A DNA stretch of 25,678 nt from Candidatus Firestoneibacteriota bacterium (GTDB taxonomy: Bacteria > Oederibacteriota > D2-FULL-39-29 > JBDRBU01), in NCBI GenBank assembly GCA_043822305.1, contig JBDRBU010000122.1, positions 1-25,678 of the forward strand. The letters run 5' to 3'. How positions within the stretch are numbered: position 1 is the first letter of the stretch; each line of letters opens with the position of its first letter. Positions 16,089 to 25,435 of the stretch are shown piece by piece. The position numbers were made by a program, and so were the translations under genes. The notes beneath the pieces were generated by a model, which saw only the letters and a program-made list of their open reading frames with translations, did not search any database and had not been told where the DNA came from.

Positions 16089-18827
16089 TCACCTTAACTT
16101 CTTTTCTTCCACAGCTGCCCTGGCCGCAGCTAATCTGGCTATAGGCACTCTAAATGGAGAACAACTTACATAGTCCATTCCAACTTTATGACAAAATGCT
16201 ATTGAATCAGGGTCCCCTCCATGTTCTCCACATATTCCAACTTTAAGATTCTTTCTAGCCTTTCTTCCCCTTTCAATACCTATCTTGATTAATTCTCCAA
16301 TCCCTTCTTCATCTATGGTTTGAAAGGGATCTTTTGGTAGTATTCCTTTCCCCAGATAATCCTGTAAAAATCCTCCAATATCATCTCTTGAAAATCCAAA
16401 CCCCATCTGTGTTAAATCGTTTGTTCCAAAAGAGAAAAACTCTGCAACTTCAGCAATTTTACCAGCAACCAATGATGCTCGCGGTATTTCTATCATTGTT
16501 CCAACCATATAAGGGATTTTCTTTAAACCATACTTAGAAAGCACTTCCTTATAAACCTTATTAATTATTTTTATCTGATCCTCAATTTCAGAAACGGCAC
16601 AAACTACAGGAATCATAATTTCAGGAAAAGTCTTTTTCCCTTCTTTAATTAATTCTGCTGATGATTCAAGTATGGCCCTGGTTTGCATCTCAGTAATCTC
16701 CGGATAAGTAACACCAAGTCGGACACCACGATGCCCCATCATCGGGTTATTCTCTCTTAAACTATTAGCCCGCTTTTCAAGAGCTAAAATATCAATACCC
16801 AGACTCTTGGCTAATTCTTTTAATCTTATTTTTTCATGCGGAACAAATTCATGCAAGGGTGGGTCAATAAAACGAATAGTTACCGGTAGTCCCGCCATGG
16901 CCGATAATGTTGCTTTTATGTCATCTTTCATATATGGAAATAATTCATCAAGTGCATTTCTTCTTTCTTTTTCTGTTTTTGAAACTATCATCTTGCGAAG
17001 TAAAAATAACGCTTTATCAGAGCCCTCACCGTAAAACATATGCTCTATTCTAAATAAACCAATCCCTTCTGCACCAAAAAAACGAGCCTTTTTAGCATCT
17101 TTTGGAGTATCTGCATTTGTTCTAATTCCAAGTCTTCTAAACGAATCACATATTTTTAAAAATTCATTAAGTAACGAACCTTCCTCGATGGCATCAACCA
17201 TATTAAGTTTTCCAATATAAACATTTCCTTTTGTCCCATTTAAGGTAAGCCAGTCACCTTCTTTTAATATCTTATCACTGATAGTTAAAGTTTTGTTAGA
17301 ATAGTCAACATTTAAAGCAGAGCATCCAACTATACAGCATTTCCCCCAGCCCCTGGCAACAAGTGCGGCATGAGATGTCATACCACCTCTTGCTGTTAAG
17401 ATTGCCTGTGCAGATCTCATACCTTCAACATCTTCAGGGTTTGTTTCCTCTCTAACCAGAATAACTTTTTTCCCTGATTTAGCCCACGCAACTGCATCGT
17501 TAGCCGAAAATACTATCATCCCTGTTGCTCCACCAGGTCCTGCTGGAAGTCCCTTGCACAAAGGTTTATTACTCTTTTCTGCATTTGGGTCAACAACTGG
17601 ATGAAGAAGTTCATCAAGTTGATTTGGTGTAACCCTCATAACTGCTTCTTCCTTAGATATTAATTTTTCTCTTACCATATCAATAGTCATCTTTACCGCC
17701 GCAGGACCATTTCTCTTGCCAATCCTGCATTGCAACATAAAGAGTTTGCCTTTTTCTATGGTAAACTCAATATCCTGCATATCTTTATAATGTTTTTCCA
17801 ATCTTCTCTGATAATCAAAAAGTTCTTTATACGAGTCTGGCATAATTTCTTCTAATGTTTTAAGTTCCTTATTATGTTCGCTCTGGCTATATTTATTTAC
17901 AGGCGAAGGAGTTCTTGTACCAGCCACAACATCTTCTCCCTGTGCATTAACAAGATATTCTCCATAGAAATTTTTATCTCCATTTCCTGGATTTCTTGTA
18001 AAAGCAACACCAGTGGCACAATCATTTCCCATATTACCAAAAACCATTGTTTGAACATTTACGGCCGTTCCCCATTCATCAGGAATATTTTCTATCCTTC
18101 TATATGAAATTGCTCTCTTACCATTCCAGGAAGCAAAAACCGCTCCAATTCCTCCCCACAACTGCTCTATATGGTCATCAGGAAATTCACTTCCTAAAAC
18201 TTCTTTAACTTTTAACTTAAATAAATCGCATAATTTTTTCAAATCATTTACATCTAAGTCCGTATCGTTTTTCACACCTTTTTTTTCTTTGATTTTATTC
18301 ATAATTTTTTCTAACTGCTTTCTTATACCCATATCCTCTTTTGGTTCAACACCGGCTGCCTTTTCCATAACAACATCAGAGTACATCATAATTAATCTTC
18401 TATAAGCATCATACACAAATCTCCCATTGCCTCCAGTTTGAACTATTAAACCCGGGATTGTTTTTGTAGTTAAACCAACATTTAAAACTGTTTCCATCAT
18501 CCCCGGCATTGACCTTCTAGCCCCAGACCTTACTGAAACAAGCAAAGGATTCTTGGAATCACCAAATTTCTTACCCATTAACTTTTCAATTTTCTCAATG
18601 GATTTTTTAACCTGTTCCTTTAATTCTTCTGGATACTTCTTTTTATTTTTATAATAATAAGCACAAACTTCTGTTGTAATTGTAAATCCGGGTGGAACTG
18701 GCAATCTTAATTTTGGATGTCCAGCCATTTCCGCTAAGTTAGCTCCCTTACCCCCTAACAAATTCTTCATCTTCTCATTTCCGTCTGCTTCTCCTCCACC
18801 AAAAAAATAAACATACTTATTAATCAT
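16089..18827 (-). CDS. ppdK: Pyruvate, phosphate dikinase
   Basis: LLGGKGANLAEM, PLLVSVRSGA, GGMTSHAA (phospho-His), FSFGTNDLTQ, GICGEHGG. Confidence 0.98.
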   Translation of the reverse strand: MINKYVYFFGGGEADGNEKMKNLLGGKGANLAEMAGHPKLRLPVPPGFTITTEVCAYYYKNKKKYPEELKEQVKKSIEKIEKLMGKKFGDSKNPLLVSVRSGARRSMPGMMETVLNVGLTTKTIPGLIVQTGGNGRFVYDAYRRLIMMYSDVVMEKAAGVEPKEDMGIRKQLEKIMNKIKEKKGVKNDTDLDVNDLKKLCDLFKLKVKEVLGSEFPDDHIEQLWGGIGAVFASWNGKRAISYRRIENIPDEWGTAVNVQTMVFGNMGNDCATGVAFTRNPGNGDKNFYGEYLVNAQGEDVVAGTRTPSPVNKYSQSEHNKELKTLEEIMPDSYKELFDYQRRLEKHYKDMQDIEFTIEKGKLFMLQCRIGKRNGPAAVKMTIDMVREKLISKEEAVMRVTPNQLDELLHPVVDPNAEKSNKPLCKGLPAGPGGATGMIVFSANDAVAWAKSGKKVILVREETNPEDVEGMRSAQAILTARGGMTSHAALVARGWGKCCIVGCSALNVDYSNKTLTISDKILKEGDWLTLNGTKGNVYIGKLNMVDAIEEGSLLNEFLKICDSFRRLGIRTNADTPKDAKKARFFGAEGIGLFRIEHMFYGEGSDKALFLLRKMIVSKTEKERRNALDELFPYMKDDIKATLSAMAGLPVTIRFIDPPLHEFVPHEKIRLKELAKSLGIDILALEKRANSLRENNPMMGHRGVRLGVTYPEITEMQTRAILESSAELIKEGKKTFPEIMIPVVCAVSEIEDQIKIINKVYKEVLSKYGLKKIPYMVGTMIEIPRASLVAGKIAEVAEFFSFGTNDLTQMGFGFSRDDIGGFLQDYLGKGILPKDPFQTIDEEGIGELIKIGIERGRKARKNLKVGICGEHGGDPDSIAFCHKVGMDYVSCSPFRVPIARLAAARAAVEEKKLR

Positions 18828-18849
18828 AATTTTATCTCCTTTCAGGATT

Positions 18850-19725
18850 TTAATATACAGGTGTTCCCTGTGTTCTGGTTAACTTATGGAAAGACTCTAT
18901 TAACGAAGCGGTAATAGGTCCTGGTTTTCCGTTTCCAATCTTTCTTGAATCAATATTTATCACTGGAACAATTTCTGCTGCTGTTCCGGTGAGAAAACAT
19001 TCTTCGGCTACATATAAATCAAATCTTGTAAAAACTTTTTCTGAAACAGTGATACCCATTTCTTTGGCTAACTCCATGACCGTATCTCTTGTCATACCTT
19101 CTAAGGCACCAACATATGTTGGCGGTGTAATGAGTTCTTCTTTATGAACAATAAATATATTATCAGCTGTGCATTCGGCTACATATCCATCTTTATTTAG
19201 CATCACTGCTTCCAAAACACCATAATTATTTGCCTCAATCTTGGCCATAATATTATTCAAATAATTTAAGGATTTAATTTTTGGACTTAAAGCTTCAGGA
19301 ATATTCCTGTGAGTAGCCACAGTCATTATAGATAGTCCATTTTTATAAAATTTCTCTGGATAGAGCGATATGCTGGAGGCAATAATAAAATAAAACGACT
19401 CAGAACACTTTCTCGGGTCTAATCCTAAATCACCCGCCCCTCTTGTAACAACAACTCTAATATATCCATCATGAAGTTTATTGCTTCTTACAGTTTTTAG
19501 AATTTTTTGCTTCATTACTTCTTTTGAAATAGGGACTTCCAGGGTAATTACTTTAGCCGAATTAAAAAGTCTATCAATATGTTCATCAAGTTTAAATACT
19601 CTTCCATTATAAATTCTAATCCCTTCAAATACTCCATCACCATAAAGAAGTCCATGGTCAAAGATTGAAACTAATGCTTTTTCCTTTGGAACAAATTTTC
19701 CATTTAAACAAATTATTAAACTCAT
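18850..19725 (-). CDS. ilvE: Branched-chain amino acid aminotransferase (class IV)
   Basis: DHGLLYGDGVFEG, KSLNYLNN (PLP Lys), FLTGTAAE; start at ATG 19725 after GGAGGT. Confidence 0.95.
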   Translation of the reverse strand: MSLIICLNGKFVPKEKALVSIFDHGLLYGDGVFEGIRIYNGRVFKLDEHIDRLFNSAKVITLEVPISKEVMKQKILKTVRSNKLHDGYIRVVVTRGAGDLGLDPRKCSESFYFIIASSISLYPEKFYKNGLSIMTVATHRNIPEALSPKIKSLNYLNNIMAKIEANNYGVLEAVMLNKDGYVAECTADNIFIVHKEELITPPTYVGALEGMTRDTVMELAKEMGITVSEKVFTRFDLYVAEECFLTGTAAEIVPVINIDSRKIGNGKPGPITASLIESFHKLTRTQGTPVY

Positions 19726-19756
19726 ATTTACCTCCATTTTTCACTTCTGATAAATA

Positions 19757-20422
19757 TTATACTATTTTTCCATCCTTCATTTCAACTATTCTTTTTGTTC
19801 TTTTTGCAAATTCTTCGTTATGAGTTACTAAAACTACAGTTTGTCCTCTTTCTTCATTTATTTTTAAGATTAATTCAAATAAATTGTTGGCGTTCTCGGA
19901 ATCTAAATTTCCAGTAGGTTCGTCTGCCAGCAACACATCAGGGTTGTTTATAAGTGCTCTGGCCAGTGCTACCCTTTGTTGTTCGCCACCTGAAAGTTCT
20001 CCTGGTTTATGATTTAATCTTTCTTTTAAACCTAATTCTTCTAATAACTTTTTACCTTTTTCTTCTGAATTTTTTCTGGCTATTAAAGAAGGTAAAATTA
20101 CATTTTCTAAAGTAGTAAATTCTGGAAGTAAATTATAAAATTGAAAAACAAAACCAATCTTTATGTTCCTTAAATAAGAAAGACTTTTATCGTTTAAATT
20201 ATAAATATCAACACCGTTTAAAAACACTCTTCCAAATGTAGGCGTACTTATGCCATCTAAAATATTAAGTAAAGTAGATTTGCCGGCACCAGATGGACCC
20301 AAAATAGTAACTATTTCTCCTCTCTTTATCGTTAAACTTATGCCTTTAAGTACATTTATAGCCTGTTCGCCTACTTTAAAAATTTTATGAACATCTTGAA
20401 CAACTAATAAATTGTCACTCAT
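19757..20422 (-). CDS. lolD: Lipoprotein-releasing ABC transporter ATP-binding protein
   Basis: GPSGAGKST, LSGGEQQR, ADEPTGNLD; follows lolC/E. Confidence 0.9.
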   Translation of the reverse strand: MSDNLLVVQDVHKIFKVGEQAINVLKGISLTIKRGEIVTILGPSGAGKSTLLNILDGISTPTFGRVFLNGVDIYNLNDKSLSYLRNIKIGFVFQFYNLLPEFTTLENVILPSLIARKNSEEKGKKLLEELGLKERLNHKPGELSGGEQQRVALARALINNPDVLLADEPTGNLDSENANNLFELILKINEERGQTVVLVTHNEEFAKRTKRIVEMKDGKIV

Positions 20423-21629
20423 ATCTTATGGCCTCAACCGGGTCTAATTTTGATGCTCGATAAGCTGGATAAATAGTAGATAAAAAACTCAGCAAAATAG
20501 AAACACCAATTACTATAATTATATCTTCTATCCTTAATTCCACCGGAAGATAATCTATGTAATAAACATCTCCGGGTAATTTAATAAACTGGTATTTTTT
20601 CAAAAGTAATGATGTTCCCGTACCCAGAATCAACCCTAATATCGTGCCAATAACCCCTATAATAACACCGTTATATATAAAAATTTTCATTATGCCTTTT
20701 TGAGGAACACCAATACTTCTTAAAACACCTATCTCTTTGGTCTTTTTCATAACCATCATTATTAAACTACTTAATACATTAAAAACTGCGACAAGTATAA
20801 TTAAGGTTAGCATAATTGTCATAACAATTTTTTCCAATTTTAATGCTGAAAATAAATTTCTATTCATCTGCATCCAATCATAAACACTAAGATTTACACT
20901 AATTTTGTTTTTTATTATCTTTCCTATCTCTTTAACTTTGTATATATCATCCACTCTAACTTCTATTCCAGTGACTTTATCTCCTATTTCATATAAAATT
21001 TGCGCATCTTTTAATGATATACAACCAAATGTAGAATCATATTCATACATCCCAGATTTAAATGTCCCGGCGACGACAAACTTCCCAACTTTAGGAATTA
21101 AGCCAAGTGGAGTTGCTTTAAATATTGGAGTAATTAAAATTACCTCATCTCCTTTGCTGACAAGTAGTTTTGAAGATAATTCTTTACCCAGCAATATACC
21201 CGGTTTTTCGCCTTCTTTGTTTATTAAAACCTCTGTTGAAACACCACTGATTTGATTTTGTTTAATCGGGTCTATTCCCCAAATCACTGCTCCTTCAGTA
21301 TTATTCCTTACTTTTATCATGGCTTGATTAAGTATAAATGGCGTAGAAGAGATAATACCTTTTATATCTTTAATACTCTCAATTTCTTTATCATAATTCT
21401 CCATGCTTGTTCCTGCTCTCTCATAAATTACAACATGAGATTTTATTCCTAATATTTTCTCCTTTAAATCTTTTTGAAACCCATTCATAACACTTAAGAC
21501 AATAATTAATGATGCCACCCCAAGTGTAATTCCTCCTAACGATATAAGGGTAATTATAGAAATAAAAGGTTGTTTTCTCTTAGACCTTAAATATCTAAGA
21601 CTAATGAAAAATTCATATGGTAGTTTCAT
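20415..21629 (-). CDS. lolE: Lipoprotein-releasing ABC transporter permease LolC/E
   Basis: LRYLRSKR, VLSVMNGF, DWMQMNRNLFSALKLEK, YPAYRASKLDPVEAIRYE. Confidence 0.9.
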   Translation of the reverse strand: MKLPYEFFISLRYLRSKRKQPFISIITLISLGGITLGVASLIIVLSVMNGFQKDLKEKILGIKSHVVIYERAGTSMENYDKEIESIKDIKGIISSTPFILNQAMIKVRNNTEGAVIWGIDPIKQNQISGVSTEVLINKEGEKPGILLGKELSSKLLVSKGDEVILITPIFKATPLGLIPKVGKFVVAGTFKSGMYEYDSTFGCISLKDAQILYEIGDKVTGIEVRVDDIYKVKEIGKIIKNKISVNLSVYDWMQMNRNLFSALKLEKIVMTIMLTLIILVAVFNVLSSLIMMVMKKTKEIGVLRSIGVPQKGIMKIFIYNGVIIGVIGTILGLILGTGTSLLLKKYQFIKLPGDVYYIDYLPVELRIEDIIIVIGVSILLSFLSTIYPAYRASKLDPVEAIRYE

Positions 21630-23079
21630 CTTTTGTCCTCATCTGTGGAAAAAGTATTACATCTCTAATTGAAGGTGAGTTAGTCAGTATCATTATAAAT
21701 CTATCTAAACCTAGACCCAATCCTCCTGTTGGCGGCATACCATATTCTAAGGCTTTAATAAAATCTTCGTCTATTTTATTTGATTCTTTAGTTTCCACCT
21801 GAGACAAAAATCTTTCTCTTTGCTCTACAGGGTCATTTAGCTCGGAAAAAGCATTCGCTGTTTCTCGCCCATAAATAAACAGTTCAAATCTTTCAACTAA
21901 ATTATCGTTCCCTTTTTTTCTTTTGGCTAAAGGAGAAACTTCTATTGGATAATCCATGATTATGGTTGGCTGAATTAAATTATGCTCAACTACCTTTTCG
22001 AAAATTTCATTTATTATTTCTCCTTTTTCTTTCAATTTTTCAATATTTATTTCTTTATCCTTGCAAAAAGTTTTTAAATCCAACTCTCTCATTTTTTCTA
22101 CATCTAAACCAGCATACTCCTTAATAGAATCATACATTGTTAATTTTTTCCAGGGGGTTATAAAATCAATTTCTTTATCTTGATAAATTATCTTTAACTT
22201 ACCAAATATCCTTTGAACCACATGCGTTAATAATTCTTCCGTTAACTTCATCATCTCCTCATAATCTGCATACGCTTGATATAATTCTAACATTGTAAAC
22301 TCAGGATTATGTTTTATTGAAATACCTTCGTTCCTAAAATTACGGTTCATCTCATAAACTTTTTCAAAACCACCAATTATTAATCTTTTCAAATAAAGTT
22401 CAGGAGCAATCCTCATATAAAGTTCCATGCCTAAAGCATTATGAAATGTTTTAAACGGTTTGGCCGTCGCTCCACCTGGTATAGAATGCATCATTGGAGT
22501 TTCAACTTCTAAGAAACCTTTAGATTCGAGAAAATTTCTAACTTCCTTTATGGCCCAACTTCTTGTATAAAATACATCTTTAACTTCAGGATTAGATATT
22601 AAATCTAAATATCTTTGTCTATAGCGAATTTCAACATCTTTTAAACCATGCCATTTTTCTGGAAGCGACATTAATGACTTTGAAAGAAGACTAATCTCCT
22701 TTGCCCTTATCGTAAGTTCTCCTGTCCTTGTTTTAAATACATCTCCGCTAACCCCCATAAAATCTCCAATATCAATTTTTTTTAACAGTTCCCAATTTTT
22801 ATCACCCAGAATATCTAATTTAAAATAAACCTGTATCTGCCCACAAACATCCCTCACGGTAGCAAAACAGGATTTTCCATGTTCCCTTAGACTCATTACC
22901 CTTCCAGCCATAGATACTTTTACATTCTCAATATGTTCACCCGCATTTAAATCTTTGTATTTTTCTATAACATCTTTGGTTTTATTATTAACCTCAAATT
23001 TACAAGGATAAGGATTTATATTCAATTCCTTTATCTTGTTTAATTTTTCTAATCTTTCTTTATATAAATCTTCTTCCAT
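21613..23079 (-). CDS. lysS: Lysine--tRNA ligase (class II)
   Basis: RYRQRYLDL, GGATAKPF, FRNEG, YGMPPTGGLGLGLDR. Confidence 0.98.
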   Translation of the reverse strand: MEEDLYKERLEKLNKIKELNINPYPCKFEVNNKTKDVIEKYKDLNAGEHIENVKVSMAGRVMSLREHGKSCFATVRDVCGQIQVYFKLDILGDKNWELLKKIDIGDFMGVSGDVFKTRTGELTIRAKEISLLSKSLMSLPEKWHGLKDVEIRYRQRYLDLISNPEVKDVFYTRSWAIKEVRNFLESKGFLEVETPMMHSIPGGATAKPFKTFHNALGMELYMRIAPELYLKRLIIGGFEKVYEMNRNFRNEGISIKHNPEFTMLELYQAYADYEEMMKLTEELLTHVVQRIFGKLKIIYQDKEIDFITPWKKLTMYDSIKEYAGLDVEKMRELDLKTFCKDKEINIEKLKEKGEIINEIFEKVVEHNLIQPTIIMDYPIEVSPLAKRKKGNDNLVERFELFIYGRETANAFSELNDPVEQRERFLSQVETKESNKIDEDFIKALEYGMPPTGGLGLGLDRFIMILTNSPSIRDVILFPQMRTKDETTI

Positions 23080-23084
23080 TTTTC

Positions 23085-23124
23085 TCCTTGGGGTTCCTTG
23101 GGGTCAGCTCTTGACATTTGACAT
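23085..23124. repeat. tandem TCCTTGGGGT x2 followed by CAGCTC and TTGACAT x2 in the lysS leader
   Basis: Units 23085-23094/23095-23104 and 23111-23117/23118-23124. Confidence 0.65.
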
Positions 23125-23168
23125 ACAATGTTTTGCAACCACCACCCAGTAGTCTTTCTATCTATATA

Positions 23169-23197
23169 AATATACCACATCTTAAAATATTTTTCAA
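23169..23197 (-). promoter_or_regulatory. sigma70 promoter of the lysS operon
   Basis: TTGAAA (23192-23197) - 17 nt - TATATT (23169-23174) with an extended -10 TG. Confidence 0.6.
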
Positions 23198-23255
23198 TTA
23201 ATTCAATAATTTTTGTACTATCGCTGATTCATTTGACATGATTTGCTCCATTTTC

Positions 23256-24422
23256 CTAATGCAATGCATTTTCAATGTGCTTCCAAGATAATATTGTTCC
23301 GTATTCTCTTTTTTGCTCTTCTTCTCCCCTGTAAAAGATAAACGATAAGTGCTTTATTCTTTGGTTTAATTTAGACCAGTATCTTAATCCGTTAAAGTAT
23401 TCATCATTAATTGTTTTACCTGATTTAATTTCTACAATTTTCAAAGATGCACCTTCATCAATTAAGCAATCTATCTCTTTCCCATGATTTTCTCTCCAAT
23501 AATAACACGGCGGCTCAATACCGATATTATAATAATGCTTAAAGATTTCGGAGATTATAAAAGTTTCAAATATCGAGCCAAACAAATAATGACTCCTAAG
23601 TTGTTCAACATCCTTGATCCCGAGCAAAAAGCAAACAAGCCCTGTGTCATGGAAATATAATTTTGGCATCTTGGTTAATCTCTTATTATAGTTTTTATAG
23701 TATGGTCTTAACAAAAACACTAAACCGCTAATCTCTAATATTGAAAGCCATGATTTTGCGGTATTATGAGATATACCGCAATCGCTTCCAAGAGAAGTAA
23801 GATTTAATATTTGGCCTGTTCTGGCCGAACATAACTTCACAAAAATTCTAAAATTAGAAAGGTCTGACACATTTAGCATCTGTCTAAGATCTCTTTCCAA
23901 ATAGGTCTGAACATACCCGGGAAACCAATCTTCAGGCTTGATTGTTTTATCATACAACCTCGGATAAAATCCGTTAAAAATAAATTTATCGGGGTTATTA
24001 CTTTTAAACTTTCCGAAATTTATTTCAGGCAAACTGAAAGGAAAAAGATTTAAGATACCGATTCTCCCGGCTAAAGTCTGGGATACTTTTTCCATTAGAA
24101 GGAAGTTCTGAGAACCTGTTAGGATTATCCTGCCCGGCTTATCATTATTATCAACATTTGTTTGTATATAAGAAAAAAGTTTCGGTACCCTTTGTGCCTC
24201 GTCTATTATTCCTCCATGCTCACAATAATCATATAAAAATCCTCTTGGATCCTGCATAGCGTAATTTCTGTTATCCTCATCTTCAAGCGAGATGTATTTA
24301 TAATTCTTGAAGACGCTTTTTACTAAAGTTGTTTTACCGGATTGCCTCGGACCAATTATAGCCACCACCGGCAGATATTTTGAGATTGATAGCAATTTAT
24401 CAGACAATATTCTTCTAATCAT
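23256..24422 (-). CDS. AAA_14 / DUF4143 family ATPase with C-terminal PD-(D/E)xK-like motif
   Basis: GPRQSGKTT, IDEAQ, LTGS, KLYFHDTGL, EIDCLI...VEIKSG. Confidence 0.9.
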   Translation of the reverse strand: MIRRILSDKLLSISKYLPVVAIIGPRQSGKTTLVKSVFKNYKYISLEDEDNRNYAMQDPRGFLYDYCEHGGIIDEAQRVPKLFSYIQTNVDNNDKPGRIILTGSQNFLLMEKVSQTLAGRIGILNLFPFSLPEINFGKFKSNNPDKFIFNGFYPRLYDKTIKPEDWFPGYVQTYLERDLRQMLNVSDLSNFRIFVKLCSARTGQILNLTSLGSDCGISHNTAKSWLSILEISGLVFLLRPYYKNYNKRLTKMPKLYFHDTGLVCFLLGIKDVEQLRSHYLFGSIFETFIISEIFKHYYNIGIEPPCYYWRENHGKEIDCLIDEGASLKIVEIKSGKTINDEYFNGLRYWSKLNQRIKHLSFIFYRGEEEQKREYGTILSWKHIENALH

Positions 24423-24428
24423 AAAGAT

Positions 24429-24457
24429 ATATTAACACAATATGTGCAATTTGTCAA
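24429..24457 (-). promoter_or_regulatory. sigma70 promoter predicting a leaderless ATPase mRNA
   Basis: TTGACA (24452-24457) - 17 nt - TAATAT (24429-24434); 6 nt to the ATG, no SD. Confidence 0.65.
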
Positions 24458-24483
24458 TAGCATTTACATAATGTACAAACAAA

Positions 24484-24512
24484 GGGGACAGCCACCTATT
24501 TGGTAGTTGCCC
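24484..24512 (+). repeat. bipartite GGGACA / GTAGTTGCC element, copy C (REP hairpin incomplete)
   Basis: GGGGACAGCCACCTATTT-G-GTAGTTGCCC. Confidence 0.6.
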
Positions 24513-24522
24513 TTAGCTCAAA

Positions 24523-24666
24523 CCGTGCGCATTGCATGCGTATTCGTGCGCATTTATTATCATAATCCTGCAAACTATTATAATTGCTTGCATTTTAAAA
24601 CTCAAAAATACGCACAGCTTGCGCACGAAATATACATGCTTTACACATTACGCACGGCCGTGCATA
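24523..24666. repeat. inverted, helically phased TGCGYA motif array around an AT-rich core
   Basis: CGTGCGCA-N5-TGCGTATT at 24524-24544 and inverted at 24607-24627; further copies at 24547, 24631, 24642, 24649; palindrome GCACGGCCGTGC 24652-24663. Confidence 0.75.
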
Positions 24667-24668
24667 TC

Positions 24669-25418
24669 CTACCTTTTCCTGTATGTTATCGCTCTTCCCA
24701 TCCCCTCGGCAAATATCTTGCCTTTTTTCTCCATATTCTCAAGTATCCGGTATGATTTTCCTCTTTCTATCATTAATATCTGCCTGCATTGCTCGTTATT
24801 AATCCCGCCATTCTTCTCAATAAACTCTATCACCTTCGCCTCGCATTCCTCATCTGAAAGGATTATCGTGCCATCCAGCGCATTTCCTGTTGATTGGTTT
24901 ATGTGCGAGCCGGATTTCAGTATTTTTCTTGCCCTCCCGATAAACAAACTCTTCGATCCGTAAGTTCCGACAACAATAGCAAACACCTGAAGCGCCGTCC
25001 TTTCCAGCTCAAAAGGCAAACGGGAAATCAAATGAAACCGTTCAATGGTTAAACATGCAAGATAAAGCAGTATCCACAAAGTCGTGATAATTTCCCCACG
25101 CTTGAATCGTAGTATCTTTTCTTTCGCCACTTCCTCATTAGAATCATACGGACTTTCCATCCATCTCACAAATTCCTTATATCCCGCATACCCGCTCAAT
25201 GCTATCAAATAAATATTACTAAACGCCGCCGCGGAATAGACAGTATTTGCTTTTCCGATTATCAGACAAAACAAGTCCCAAAGTATAAATCCTCCGTGAA
25301 GAATGGTAATAATAAGGGTTAGATAAAAGAATTTCCCCACCCTGTCATTTTTAATCTGATTTATCTCTCCGTAGCGCTCTTGCGTAGGCGGATCTTTGGT
25401 TACAATTTCTCTTTGCAT
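24669..25418 (-). CDS. Predicted 4-TM membrane protein with C-terminal winged helix-turn-helix
   Basis: Four hydrophobic segments; tail VIEFIEKNGGINNEQCRQILMIERGKSYRILENMEKKGKIFAEGMGRAITY fits a wHTH; GAGGAG RBS. Confidence 0.7.
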   Translation of the reverse strand: MQREIVTKDPPTQERYGEINQIKNDRVGKFFYLTLIITILHGGFILWDLFCLIIGKANTVYSAAAFSNIYLIALSGYAGYKEFVRWMESPYDSNEEVAKEKILRFKRGEIITTLWILLYLACLTIERFHLISRLPFELERTALQVFAIVVGTYGSKSLFIGRARKILKSGSHINQSTGNALDGTIILSDEECEAKVIEFIEKNGGINNEQCRQILMIERGKSYRILENMEKKGKIFAEGMGRAITYRKR

Positions 25419-25435
25419 TACAATCTCCTCTCATT

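Noticed and set aside
23080..23165. T-box or lysine riboswitch in the lysS leader
   Set aside because: Predicted leader is only about 80 nt and lacks T-box or L-box motifs
24523..24666. CRISPR array
   Set aside because: Repeats are 6-8 bp with about 5-nt gaps and inverted arms; no 25-45 bp repeat-spacer units and no cas genes
24507..24963. Plus-strand ORFs of 82 and 143 aa
   Set aside because: They run over the repeat array and antisense to the 249-aa gene; no RBS or family signal
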